The notes beneath the pieces are model-generated. The model was not told where the DNA came from. It saw nothing but the letters and a program-made list of their open reading frames with translations, and did no database searches. Of a DNA stretch of 64,000 nucleotides, positions 37,257-44,481 are shown piece after piece. The position numbers and the translations under genes are program-made. Position 1 is the first letter of the stretch. Every line of letters begins with the position of its first letter. The stretch is from assembly GCA_035541415.1 (NCBI GenBank), contig DATKNI010000021.1, positions 708-64,707 on the forward strand, written 5' to 3'. The stretch is from Minisyncoccota bacterium. GTDB taxonomy: Bacteria > Patescibacteriota > Minisyncoccia > UBA6257 > 2-01-FULL-56-20.

Positions 37257-39980
37257 ATGTTCGACGCCTTCAAAAAGATCTTTGCCGGCAACACGCTGGC
37301 CGCCTTGGAAAGCATGGTGGTCGAGATTAATGCACGCGAACCGGAGATCGAAAAGCTTGCCGATGCCGAATTGCACGAGCGGAGCGCCGCCCTCAAAGCG
37401 CGGCTTGCGCCGAAAGCCGAAGGTGAAGCGCCGGAGGCGTCGCTCGACGATATCCTGCCCGAAGCGTTTGCTCTCGTGCGGGAAGCGGCCCGCCGCACGC
37501 TCGGCCAGCGTCCGTTCGACGTCCAGCTCATGGGCGGCATCGCGCTCCACCAGGGGAAGGTCGCCGAAATGATGACGGGCGAAGGCAAAACGCTTTCCGC
37601 CGTCGCGCCGACGTATCTGAACGCGCTTACCGGCAAGGGCGCGCACGTCGTCACCGTGAACGAATATCTTGCGCGCCGCGACACCGTTTGGATGGGGCAG
37701 GTGTATCGCATGCTTGGCTTGAGCGTGGCGTGCATCGTCCCGGGCGCCGCCTTCCGGTATGATCCCGAATGGAAAGTTCCCGAAGAAGAAGAAAAGAGCG
37801 TCGAAAAAGAAGTTGATGCGACCGGCAGCTTTCTCGTTCAGCAGGACTTTCTCAAGCCGATCAGCCGCCGAGAAGCGTACCTGGCCGATATCACGTACGG
37901 CACCAACCATGAGTTCGGTTTTGACTATTTGCGCGACAACCTGGCGTATTCCGTCGAAGCCCAGGTCCAGCGCGGCCACCACTATGCGATCATCGACGAA
38001 GTCGACAGCATCTTGATCGACGAAGCGCGAACGCCGCTCATTATTGCGGCTCCCGACACCCAGTCGAGCGATTTTTACAAAACATTCGCGCGCGTAGCGT
38101 CGCACCTCGTGAAAGACGAGGACTACGACGTCGACGAAAAGCGCAAAAGCGTTTCGATCACGGATGCCGGCGTGGAAAAAGTGGAGACAATGATCGGCGT
38201 GCAGAACATCTATGCGCCCGAACATATCCGCCTCGTCCATTATCTCGAAGAAAGCGTGAAAGCGCACGCATTATTCCATCGCGACAAAGATTACGTCGTG
38301 AAGAACGACGAAGTGATCATCGTCGATGAATTCACCGGCCGATTGCTCATGGGGCGCCGCTACCAAGCCGGCCTCCACCAGGCGATCGAAGCAAAAGAAG
38401 GCGTCCGCGTGAAAGAGGAATCGCGCACGTATGGAAAAATTTCCATCCAAAATTATTTCCGCATGTATGCGAAGATCGGCGGCATGACGGGGACTGCCCA
38501 AACGTCGGCGGAAGAATTTTATAAGGTATACGACCTCGAGGTTGAAAGCATCCCGCCCAACCGTCCTTTGGCGCGCAAGGACATGAATGATCTCATCTAT
38601 AAGAACGCTGCGGCGAAAATCAAAGCAATCGTGAAGGAAGTGCGCGAGCGCCAGCAAAACGGCCAGCCGGTATTGCTCGGCACAACGTCCATCGCAAAGA
38701 ACGAAATCATTTCAGCCGCGCTCGCTGCGGATAACATCAAGCACGAAGTGCTGAACGCCAAGAATAACGAGCGCGAAGGCGCCATCATCGCGCAAGCCGG
38801 CCGGCTGGGAGCCGTCACGGTTGCGACGAACGTTGCCGGCCGCGGCGTGGACATTCTTCTCGGCGGCAATCCGCCCGACAAAGCGGAAGCCGAACAAGTT
38901 CGCGCCAAAGGCGGCTTGCACGTGATCGGCACGGATCGCCACGAAGCGCGGCGCATTGATAACCAGCTGCGCGGACGCGCCGGCCGCCAGGGCGACCCGG
39001 GCTCGTCGCAGTTCTTCCTTTCGCTCGAAGATGACCTCCTTCGCATTTTCGGCGGCGATCGCATCAAGAGCATGATGGAGCGCCTCGATCTGCCCGAAGA
39101 CCAGCCGATCGAATTTGGGATGGTGACCAAGGCTGTCGCCCAGGCCCAGGAAAAGGTGGAAGGCGCGAACTTCGACCTTCGCAAGCACCTCCTCGATTAC
39201 GATGACGTTCTCAATAAGCAGCGCGGCGCCATTTATAAAAAGCGCCAGGAGCTGCTCGGCATTATGAATAAAGAGGAGCTTGCAGGCATGATTCGGGATG
39301 CCGCGACGGCTTATTTTGATGGGGCGATTGCGCCGCAGATCGGCGAATCTGCCCCTGTGGATTATGGTGATGGCGGTGGCGGCAGCGATGGCGGCGGCAG
39401 TGAAAAGACTCCCTTGGGCCAGCAAAAATTGTATGGGGCGGCGCTCGTCCAAAAGATATTCCAGGACGCCCAGATCGTAAAACCCGAAGAGGCGTCGTCG
39501 CTTCAGTCAGAAGAAGATTTTCGGAAGGCGATTGATGAGCAGAGCGAGAAGGTTGCGGATCATCCGCTCGCAAAAAACCAGATGCTCGGCATCCTCGACA
39601 TGCTGTGGATGACAAACCTCGAAGACCTCGACGCGGTCCAGGAGTCGGTTGGCTTGCGCGCCTACGGCCAGCGCGACCCGCTTGTTGAATACCGGCAGGA
39701 ATCAAGCCGGCTCTTCAAGGCGTTTTGGAATAATTTTGACGCGTGGATTTTTATGAACATTTTCAAACTCCTCACGATGAATTCGTCGGCGGGGGTGGCG
39801 GCCGCTCCGGTTGTCGTTGCGAGCGGAACCGCGAATGCGGCGCACCACGACATCGGGCGCAATGATCGGTGCCCGTGCGGCAGCGGGAAGAAATGGAAGA
39901 AGTGCGGACTGCTGAATACGGCCGAACACCAGAAGAACATGGCGAGTGGCGGTCGCAAACACGAAGTCACTGGCGGATAG
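37257..39980 (+). CDS. secA: preprotein translocase ATPase SecA
   Basis: DEAD-like motor motifs (MMTGEGKTLSAVAPTYLNALTGKG, IIDEVDSILIDEARTPLII), a Gly-rich insertion, and a C-terminal zinc finger CPCGSGKKWKKCG. TATAAT lies 6 nt upstream of ATG 37257. Confidence 0.95.
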   Translation: MFDAFKKIFAGNTLAALESMVVEINAREPEIEKLADAELHERSAALKARLAPKAEGEAPEASLDDILPEAFALVREAARRTLGQRPFDVQLMGGIALHQGKVAEMMTGEGKTLSAVAPTYLNALTGKGAHVVTVNEYLARRDTVWMGQVYRMLGLSVACIVPGAAFRYDPEWKVPEEEEKSVEKEVDATGSFLVQQDFLKPISRREAYLADITYGTNHEFGFDYLRDNLAYSVEAQVQRGHHYAIIDEVDSILIDEARTPLIIAAPDTQSSDFYKTFARVASHLVKDEDYDVDEKRKSVSITDAGVEKVETMIGVQNIYAPEHIRLVHYLEESVKAHALFHRDKDYVVKNDEVIIVDEFTGRLLMGRRYQAGLHQAIEAKEGVRVKEESRTYGKISIQNYFRMYAKIGGMTGTAQTSAEEFYKVYDLEVESIPPNRPLARKDMNDLIYKNAAAKIKAIVKEVRERQQNGQPVLLGTTSIAKNEIISAALAADNIKHEVLNAKNNEREGAIIAQAGRLGAVTVATNVAGRGVDILLGGNPPDKAEAEQVRAKGGLHVIGTDRHEARRIDNQLRGRAGRQGDPGSSQFFLSLEDDLLRIFGGDRIKSMMERLDLPEDQPIEFGMVTKAVAQAQEKVEGANFDLRKHLLDYDDVLNKQRGAIYKKRQELLGIMNKEELAGMIRDAATAYFDGAIAPQIGESAPVDYGDGGGGSDGGGSEKTPLGQQKLYGAALVQKIFQDAQIVKPEEASSLQSEEDFRKAIDEQSEKVADHPLAKNQMLGILDMLWMTNLEDLDAVQESVGLRAYGQRDPLVEYRQESSRLFKAFWNNFDAWIFMNIFKLLTMNSSAGVAAAPVVVASGTANAAHHDIGRNDRCPCGSGKKWKKCGLLNTAEHQKNMASGGRKHEVTGG

Positions 39981-39981
39981 C

Positions 39982-40530
39982 ATGGTTATTGGAATCACCG
40001 GGCATCCTGCATCAGGGAAAGATTCGGCGGCTGATTTTTTTGCCGCCAAAGGGTTCCAGACGCTTTCGGGTGGCAATGTCTTGCGTGAGATGATGCATCG
40101 TGAGGGGCTTTCCGTCGACCGGACGAGCATGCGCGAATTTACAAAGAGAATGCGCACGCAAAGAGGGAACGCATTCCCAGCCGAAGAAATCGCCAGCCAG
40201 ATTACGGAACAAAACACCGTCATCTCGGGATTGAGAAATCTGGCAGAACTTGAGATTTTCCGCAAAAAATTCGGCAGTAATTTTATTTTGCTTGCCATAG
40301 ATGCCGATGTAGAGGTGCGCTATGAGCGCGTGCTTGGGAGAAAGCGGGCGGGGGATGATCTCACGCTTGAGCGCTTCAAAGAAGAAGAAGACGCGGAACG
40401 CATGGAGCCGTCCGGAAGCCACGAAGTGGACCGCGTGATTGCCGTCGCGGACCACGTCATCAAAAACAACGGCACGAGGGAAGAATTTTTTGAGAAGCTC
40501 GGATTATTTTTGGAAAATATCCCGCGATAA
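39982..40530 (+). CDS. P-loop nucleotide kinase-like protein (CoaE/dNMP-kinase-like fold)
   Basis: Walker A motif MVIGITGHPASGKDS followed by a kinase-like layout. The ATG lies 1 nt after the secA stop. Confidence 0.4.
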   Translation: MVIGITGHPASGKDSAADFFAAKGFQTLSGGNVLREMMHREGLSVDRTSMREFTKRMRTQRGNAFPAEEIASQITEQNTVISGLRNLAELEIFRKKFGSNFILLAIDADVEVRYERVLGRKRAGDDLTLERFKEEEDAERMEPSGSHEVDRVIAVADHVIKNNGTREEFFEKLGLFLENIPR

Positions 40531-40626
40531 TTTTTTTGCGTCATAACTTCTGCATAACATGGGGATCTAATTCAGAGTTGGATTTTTTAAACGCGTTATT
40601 TGCTAGGAAAATCAAGTAGTAAAAAA

Positions 40627-40647
40627 TTATCCACATGCTGTGGATTA
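40627..40647. promoter_or_regulatory. inverted pair of DnaA-box-like 9-mers (TTATCCACA tgc TGTGGATTA) in an AT-rich region upstream of the ECF sigma gene
   Basis: Exact consensus box plus an 8/9 copy in inverted orientation. Nearby are repeated TGGATTTTTT elements and two GATC sites. Confidence 0.35.
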
Positions 40648-40773
40648 GCGGCCTGGATTTTTTGACGAAACCTCGCGGCAGACGCTATCGTTATACCAAG
40701 CACGGTTGATTTCTGCCTTCAGATAACGCGGTATAACCCTGGTAACAAAAACCAGATCTGTGCGTACTTACTT

Positions 40774-41337
40774 ATGGATCTCACCACTTTGAAGAAAGAC
40801 AAGCTTACCCAGCTCGCCCTTAAAATGAAAAAGGGGGACCGCCGTGCGGCGTCGGAGCTTTACGACGATCTTATGCCCAAGGTTTTTGGGTTTCTCTTTA
40901 CGAGGACCGGAAAACGCGAGATTGCCGAAGATCTCTCGCAGGACATCTTCGTGAAACTCGTGGAAAAGGTGGATAGTTTTGACGAAAAGCGGGGCAAGTT
41001 TACGGTGTGGTTCTGGCAGATGGTCCGTCACGTTTTGATCGACCATTACCGCCAAAAAAAGGAAACGCCATTCTCGGTGTTCGAGGAAGAGACCGTTGCC
41101 ACGATGGCAATTACGGAATTCCCGGATTTCGACCATAAACTGCGCTATGAGCAGCTCAAGGATTTCCTGCGGACGCTCACCGACGACGAACGTCAGCTGT
41201 TTGAACTTCGCTATGTCGCAGAATTGCCGTACAAGGAGATCGCGACGATGCTCGAACGGTCCGAAGGGTCGCTCCGCGTGGCCGTCTTGCGCGTCAAAGA
41301 GAAAATTAAGAAAGAGTTCAGGCATCAGGAGATTTAA
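40774..41337 (+). CDS. RNA polymerase sigma factor, ECF (sigma-70 regions 2 and 4)
   Basis: DIFVKLVEKVDSFDEKRGKFTVWFWQMVRHVLIDHYRQ (region 2) and YVAELPYKEIATMLERSEGSLRVAVLRVKEKI (region 4). Confidence 0.8.
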   Translation: MDLTTLKKDKLTQLALKMKKGDRRAASELYDDLMPKVFGFLFTRTGKREIAEDLSQDIFVKLVEKVDSFDEKRGKFTVWFWQMVRHVLIDHYRQKKETPFSVFEEETVATMAITEFPDFDHKLRYEQLKDFLRTLTDDERQLFELRYVAELPYKEIATMLERSEGSLRVAVLRVKEKIKKEFRHQEI

Positions 41338-41373
41338 TATTTTTTTAATAAATCCAGCTCTGGATTTACAACC

Positions 41374-42297
41374 ATGAAAAACGATTTCAAAAAATTACTG
41401 CATCCAGACCGCGATTTTGCGGCGGAAGCCAAGGAGCGATACTTGGCTGCTTTTGATGCGCGCCACGGGACGCGGCCGGAAGCCGTTCGCCGCGCGCCGC
41501 ACGCATGGGCCAAAGTTCTGATCGCCGCCGCCGCGTGCGCCGCAATCATGATGAGCGTGTCCGCATATGCCGACACGGCGAATGTTGCAGCCGATAATCC
41601 GCTGTATCCTTTGAAACGCTTGAGCGAGAATGTCCGCCTCGCGCTCGCTCCGCAGGGCGAGCAAGCCGAGATCCAGGTTTCGCTTGCCGACCGCCGGGCG
41701 AACGAGATCGAAGATCTTTCTGTGCGCAAGCCCACGAGCACGATCATTGCCAAACTCTCACTCGATCTTCAGGACGCCGTGAGCAGCTCGCTTGGCGACG
41801 TTCAAGATGAAAATGGCAATAATGATGATAACGGCAATGGCAATCGCGATGGCGACCACACCCATCCTGTAATAACGAGCGCTTTAAATGCAAGCGGTAC
41901 GGCAACGGGAACGGCGGTGTCGTCCGCGACCGCGATGGCAACGAGCGGCGCTTCCCGTGACGCCGAAAATAATACCGAAGGAAATCACGGCCGCGGGAAT
42001 GTGAGTACAAGCGCCCAGGGATCGAACTCCGATTTGCACGATTCGCATGGACGAGCGGCTCTCACCGTGTGCCGCGGCGTTTCCGCACTGCTCGTCCACT
42101 CATTGCATGCGCGGTCCGACATTTTTGGCAACGTCCAATTGCTGAGCCGCCTCGAAGCGCGCTGCGGCGATATCGCGAACGGCAGCACCACGACGGCTGC
42201 GGCGACAAGCTCCTTGAACGTCGGAGCGACGACGACCGCCACCACGTCCATAATCATTGTTCCCCATGGCAGATTGATTCCGGGACTTCACCTCTGA
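41374..42297 (+). CDS. putative anti-sigma factor / membrane-anchored secreted protein (DUF5667-like)
   Basis: Lies directly downstream of the ECF sigma gene. Single TM helix (VLIAAAACAAIMMSVSAYA), an extracytoplasmic helical domain and an S/T/G-rich tail. Confidence 0.4.
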   Translation: MKNDFKKLLHPDRDFAAEAKERYLAAFDARHGTRPEAVRRAPHAWAKVLIAAAACAAIMMSVSAYADTANVAADNPLYPLKRLSENVRLALAPQGEQAEIQVSLADRRANEIEDLSVRKPTSTIIAKLSLDLQDAVSSSLGDVQDENGNNDDNGNGNRDGDHTHPVITSALNASGTATGTAVSSATAMATSGASRDAENNTEGNHGRGNVSTSAQGSNSDLHDSHGRAALTVCRGVSALLVHSLHARSDIFGNVQLLSRLEARCGDIANGSTTTAAATSSLNVGATTTATTSIIIVPHGRLIPGLHL

Positions 42298-42338
42298 TCT
42301 GATTTGTTTTCCCGCCGAATTCTGGTATCGTAGGTTGC

Positions 42339-42662
42339 ATGACCATCGATGAATTTCAGAAATCCGATTTGCGCGTCGCCAAAGTAAAAACCGCGGAGCG
42401 CGTTGAAGGGTCGGAAAAATTATTAAAACTTCAGCTTGACCTTGGCGCAGACGGCGAGCGCCAGATTTTGTCCGGCATCGCAAAGCAATATGCTCCGGAA
42501 GATTTGATTGGGAAAAATGTGGTGATCATTGCAAACCTTGATCCGCGCATGATGATGGGAATGGAAAGCCAGGGCATGCTTCTCGCCGCGCATGGCGAAG
42601 GGGGAGCGCCGGTCATCGTCGTGCCGGCGGCTGATGTCCCGCCGGGCTCAAAAATCTCGTAG
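42339..42662 (+). CDS. tRNA-binding domain protein (CsaA/Trbp111/MetRS-C-terminal-like)
   Basis: FQKSDLRVAKVKTAERVEGSEKLLKLQLDLGADGERQILSGIAKQYAPEDLIGKNVVIIANLDP...GMLLAAH. Confidence 0.75.
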   Translation: MTIDEFQKSDLRVAKVKTAERVEGSEKLLKLQLDLGADGERQILSGIAKQYAPEDLIGKNVVIIANLDPRMMMGMESQGMLLAAHGEGGAPVIVVPAADVPPGSKIS

Positions 42663-42681
42663 GCATGCTATAATTACTCAC

Positions 42682-43176
42682 ATGAAAAAAACCATTTTGG
42701 CAGTCGTGTTCATTATTGTTGCTGCGGGGCTTATCGGCCTCGGGACATGGTACAGCAGCCAGATTTCAACGCAAAGCCAGCAGGCGGCGGTCGACCAAGG
42801 CTCTGCGGCTCAGCAAACCCAATCACAAGCCATGCAAAATCTTAAAATCGTTGATACGGTCGTTGGCACGGGCGTTGCGGCAAAAGCCGGGGACACCGTG
42901 AACGTGCTCTACACGGGCAAGCTCGATGACGGAACCGTTTTTGACGCGTCGGCGAACCACGGGAACCAGCCGTTCTCGTTCACGCTTGGCGCAGGACAGG
43001 TGATCCAAGGATGGGACCTCGGCATCGTCGGCATGAAAGTCGGCGGCACGCGCGAACTCACCATTCCGCCGGAACTCGCCTACGGTGATCGTTCGGTCGG
43101 CGGCGTGATTCCGGCAAACGCCACGCTCCACTTCACCGTGAAGCTGCTTTCGATCGGCACGAGCTCGGCGAAGTAG
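42682..43176 (+). CDS. FKBP-type peptidyl-prolyl cis-trans isomerase, membrane-anchored
   Basis: GDTVNVLYTGKLDDGTVFDAS...FSFTLGAGQVIQGWDLGIVGMKVGGTRELTIPPELAYG...ATLHFTVKLLSI. The start is moved to MKKTILAVV. Confidence 0.85.
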   Translation: MKKTILAVVFIIVAAGLIGLGTWYSSQISTQSQQAAVDQGSAAQQTQSQAMQNLKIVDTVVGTGVAAKAGDTVNVLYTGKLDDGTVFDASANHGNQPFSFTLGAGQVIQGWDLGIVGMKVGGTRELTIPPELAYGDRSVGGVIPANATLHFTVKLLSIGTSSAK

Positions 43177-43208
43177 TTTTTGGAGGAATAATTTTTAGAA
43201 TAAAAAAA

Positions 43209-43265
43209 ACGAAGCACAAGCTTCGTCGACAAAAAAAGAATGAGGGGCACCGAGATGGTGCCCCT
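43209..43265 (-). terminator. two tandem intrinsic terminators oriented for a - strand transcript
   Basis: Hairpins ACGAAGCACAAGCTTCGT and AGGGGCACC-gagat-GGTGCCCCT are each followed on the - strand by a U-tract (A-tracts on the + strand at 43202-43208 and 43231-43238). Confidence 0.55.
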
Positions 43266-43295
43266 TTTCGTACTGCGCAGGGTTGCCTGCTGCAG

Positions 43296-43475
43296 CTACT
43301 GCGGAAGTGTGCGGCTCACTTGCGCAGTCATTGCGGGCGAGGCCGGCAAGTTGTTGAGAAATGCCGTCGCCTTGCCAAAGAGCGCGAGGAGGAAGACCTC
43401 AAGCGCCCGAAGTACGTCGGGCATCAATACTGCCGCGACGATTACGAATGCCGCAAACGCGATTGCGCCACTCAT
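43296..43475 (-). CDS. possible small hydrophobic peptide (59 aa) or part of a non-coding transcript
   Basis: MSGAIAFAAFVIVAAVLMPDVLRALEVFLLALFGKATAFLNNLPASPAMTAQVSRTLPQ. No SD. It lies between the - strand terminators and a candidate - strand promoter. Confidence 0.2.
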   Translation of the reverse strand: MSGAIAFAAFVIVAAVLMPDVLRALEVFLLALFGKATAFLNNLPASPAMTAQVSRTLPQ

Positions 43476-43640
43476 AGGTGCGATGACCGGGAGGGGTTAC
43501 TTTGAGCGGTAGACCTTTATGCCCAGCTGCGCGCCTATCTGGCGCGTCTTCCTCCCCGCGGGAAGGCCCGCATTTTAGCAGGCGTTCTCGAAGGGAGAAA
43601 GACGGATTGCTTTTATAAGGTGCCCGAAAATCATAGCATA

Positions 43641-43669
43641 TTGACATTCTTTTTGTCAAGATGTATAAT
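43641..43669 (+). promoter_or_regulatory. consensus sigma-70 promoter (-35 TTGACA, 17 nt, -10 TATAAT); the -35 is half of the palindrome TTGACA-N8-TGTCAA, whose other half is a -35 for a divergent - strand promoter (-10 TATGAT near 43630-43635)
   Basis: Hexamers and spacing read directly from the sequence. Confidence 0.6.
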
Positions 43670-43724
43670 ATGCGCAGTTGAGCGATACGGCTATGAGCTC
43701 ATTTGAACAGCAATTTGGCCCTGG

Positions 43725-43750
43725 CCGCCCTTCAAAAAAGGGCGGTTTTT
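43725..43750 (+). terminator. intrinsic terminator ~50 nt downstream of the predicted TSS and 30 nt upstream of the response-regulator ATG (attenuator-like)
   Basis: CCGCCCTT-caaaa-AAGGGCGG perfect 8-bp stem followed by TTTTT. Confidence 0.65.
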
Positions 43751-43780
43751 CATTTAATAATTTTTTAATCTCCGTCTGTT

Positions 43781-44464
43781 ATGATTGAACCCATGCGAGC
43801 ACTTTTGGTCGAAGACGAGCCCAAAATGGCCCATTTTATTTTGGAAGGATTGCGATCCGACCATTTTGCGGTTGATTGGACAGACAACGCCGAAAAGGCG
43901 CTCTTTTGGGCAAAAACCAATCCGTACGATGTCGGCGTTATCGATATCAATCTCGGCAAAGGCGGCAATGGCATCGATATCTGCAAAGCCATCCGTGCCA
44001 AAGGAAAGACGTTCCCCGTCATCATGCTTTCGGTCATCAGCGATACGGCAACGAAAGTCGAGGCGTTAAACAGCGGCGCCGACGATTATCTCACGAAGCC
44101 GTTCGCCATCATGGAGCTCATCGCCCGCGTCCGCGCGCTCCTGCGGCGCGAAAAACATATCGTGGGACCCGTGATTACCATCGCCGACCTTGAGCTCGAC
44201 AGTCTTGCTCATACCGTAAGGCGGAACGGGAAGTCCATCGACCTCAACAAGAAAGAGTTCGCGCTTCTCGAATATCTTATGCGGAACCAAGGCACCACGC
44301 TCACGCGCACGATGATATTGGAACACGTGTGGGATATAAACGCAGATCCCTTCACGAACACCGTCGACGTGCACATCCGATTTCTTCGCGGCAAGATCGA
44401 CGAGGGACGCAAAAAGAAATTGCTAAAGACCGTGCACGGCTATGGATACAAGATCGAAGAATAG
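43781..44464 (+). CDS. OmpR/PhoB-family response regulator (orphan; no adjacent histidine kinase)
   Basis: Receiver domain (LLVEDEP...DVGVIDINLGKG...DDYLTKPF) and winged-helix output domain (EFALLEYLMRNQGTTLTRTMILEHVW...TVHGYGYKI). Confidence 0.9.
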   Translation: MIEPMRALLVEDEPKMAHFILEGLRSDHFAVDWTDNAEKALFWAKTNPYDVGVIDINLGKGGNGIDICKAIRAKGKTFPVIMLSVISDTATKVEALNSGADDYLTKPFAIMELIARVRALLRREKHIVGPVITIADLELDSLAHTVRRNGKSIDLNKKEFALLEYLMRNQGTTLTRTMILEHVWDINADPFTNTVDVHIRFLRGKIDEGRKKKLLKTVHGYGYKIEE

Positions 44465-44481
44465 GGTAGTATTAAGGTTAT

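Noticed and set aside
36954-38267. 437-aa - strand ORF
   Set aside because: Antisense to secA. It has no domain signature, and secA on the + strand is certain.
43240-43512. 90-aa and 61-aa + strand ORFs in the FKBP/response-regulator intergenic island
   Set aside because: The ATG of the 90-aa ORF lies inside a terminator hairpin stem, and the frames are Cys/Arg-rich with no SD. They are treated as non-coding, and the region is interpreted as regulatory (see finding).
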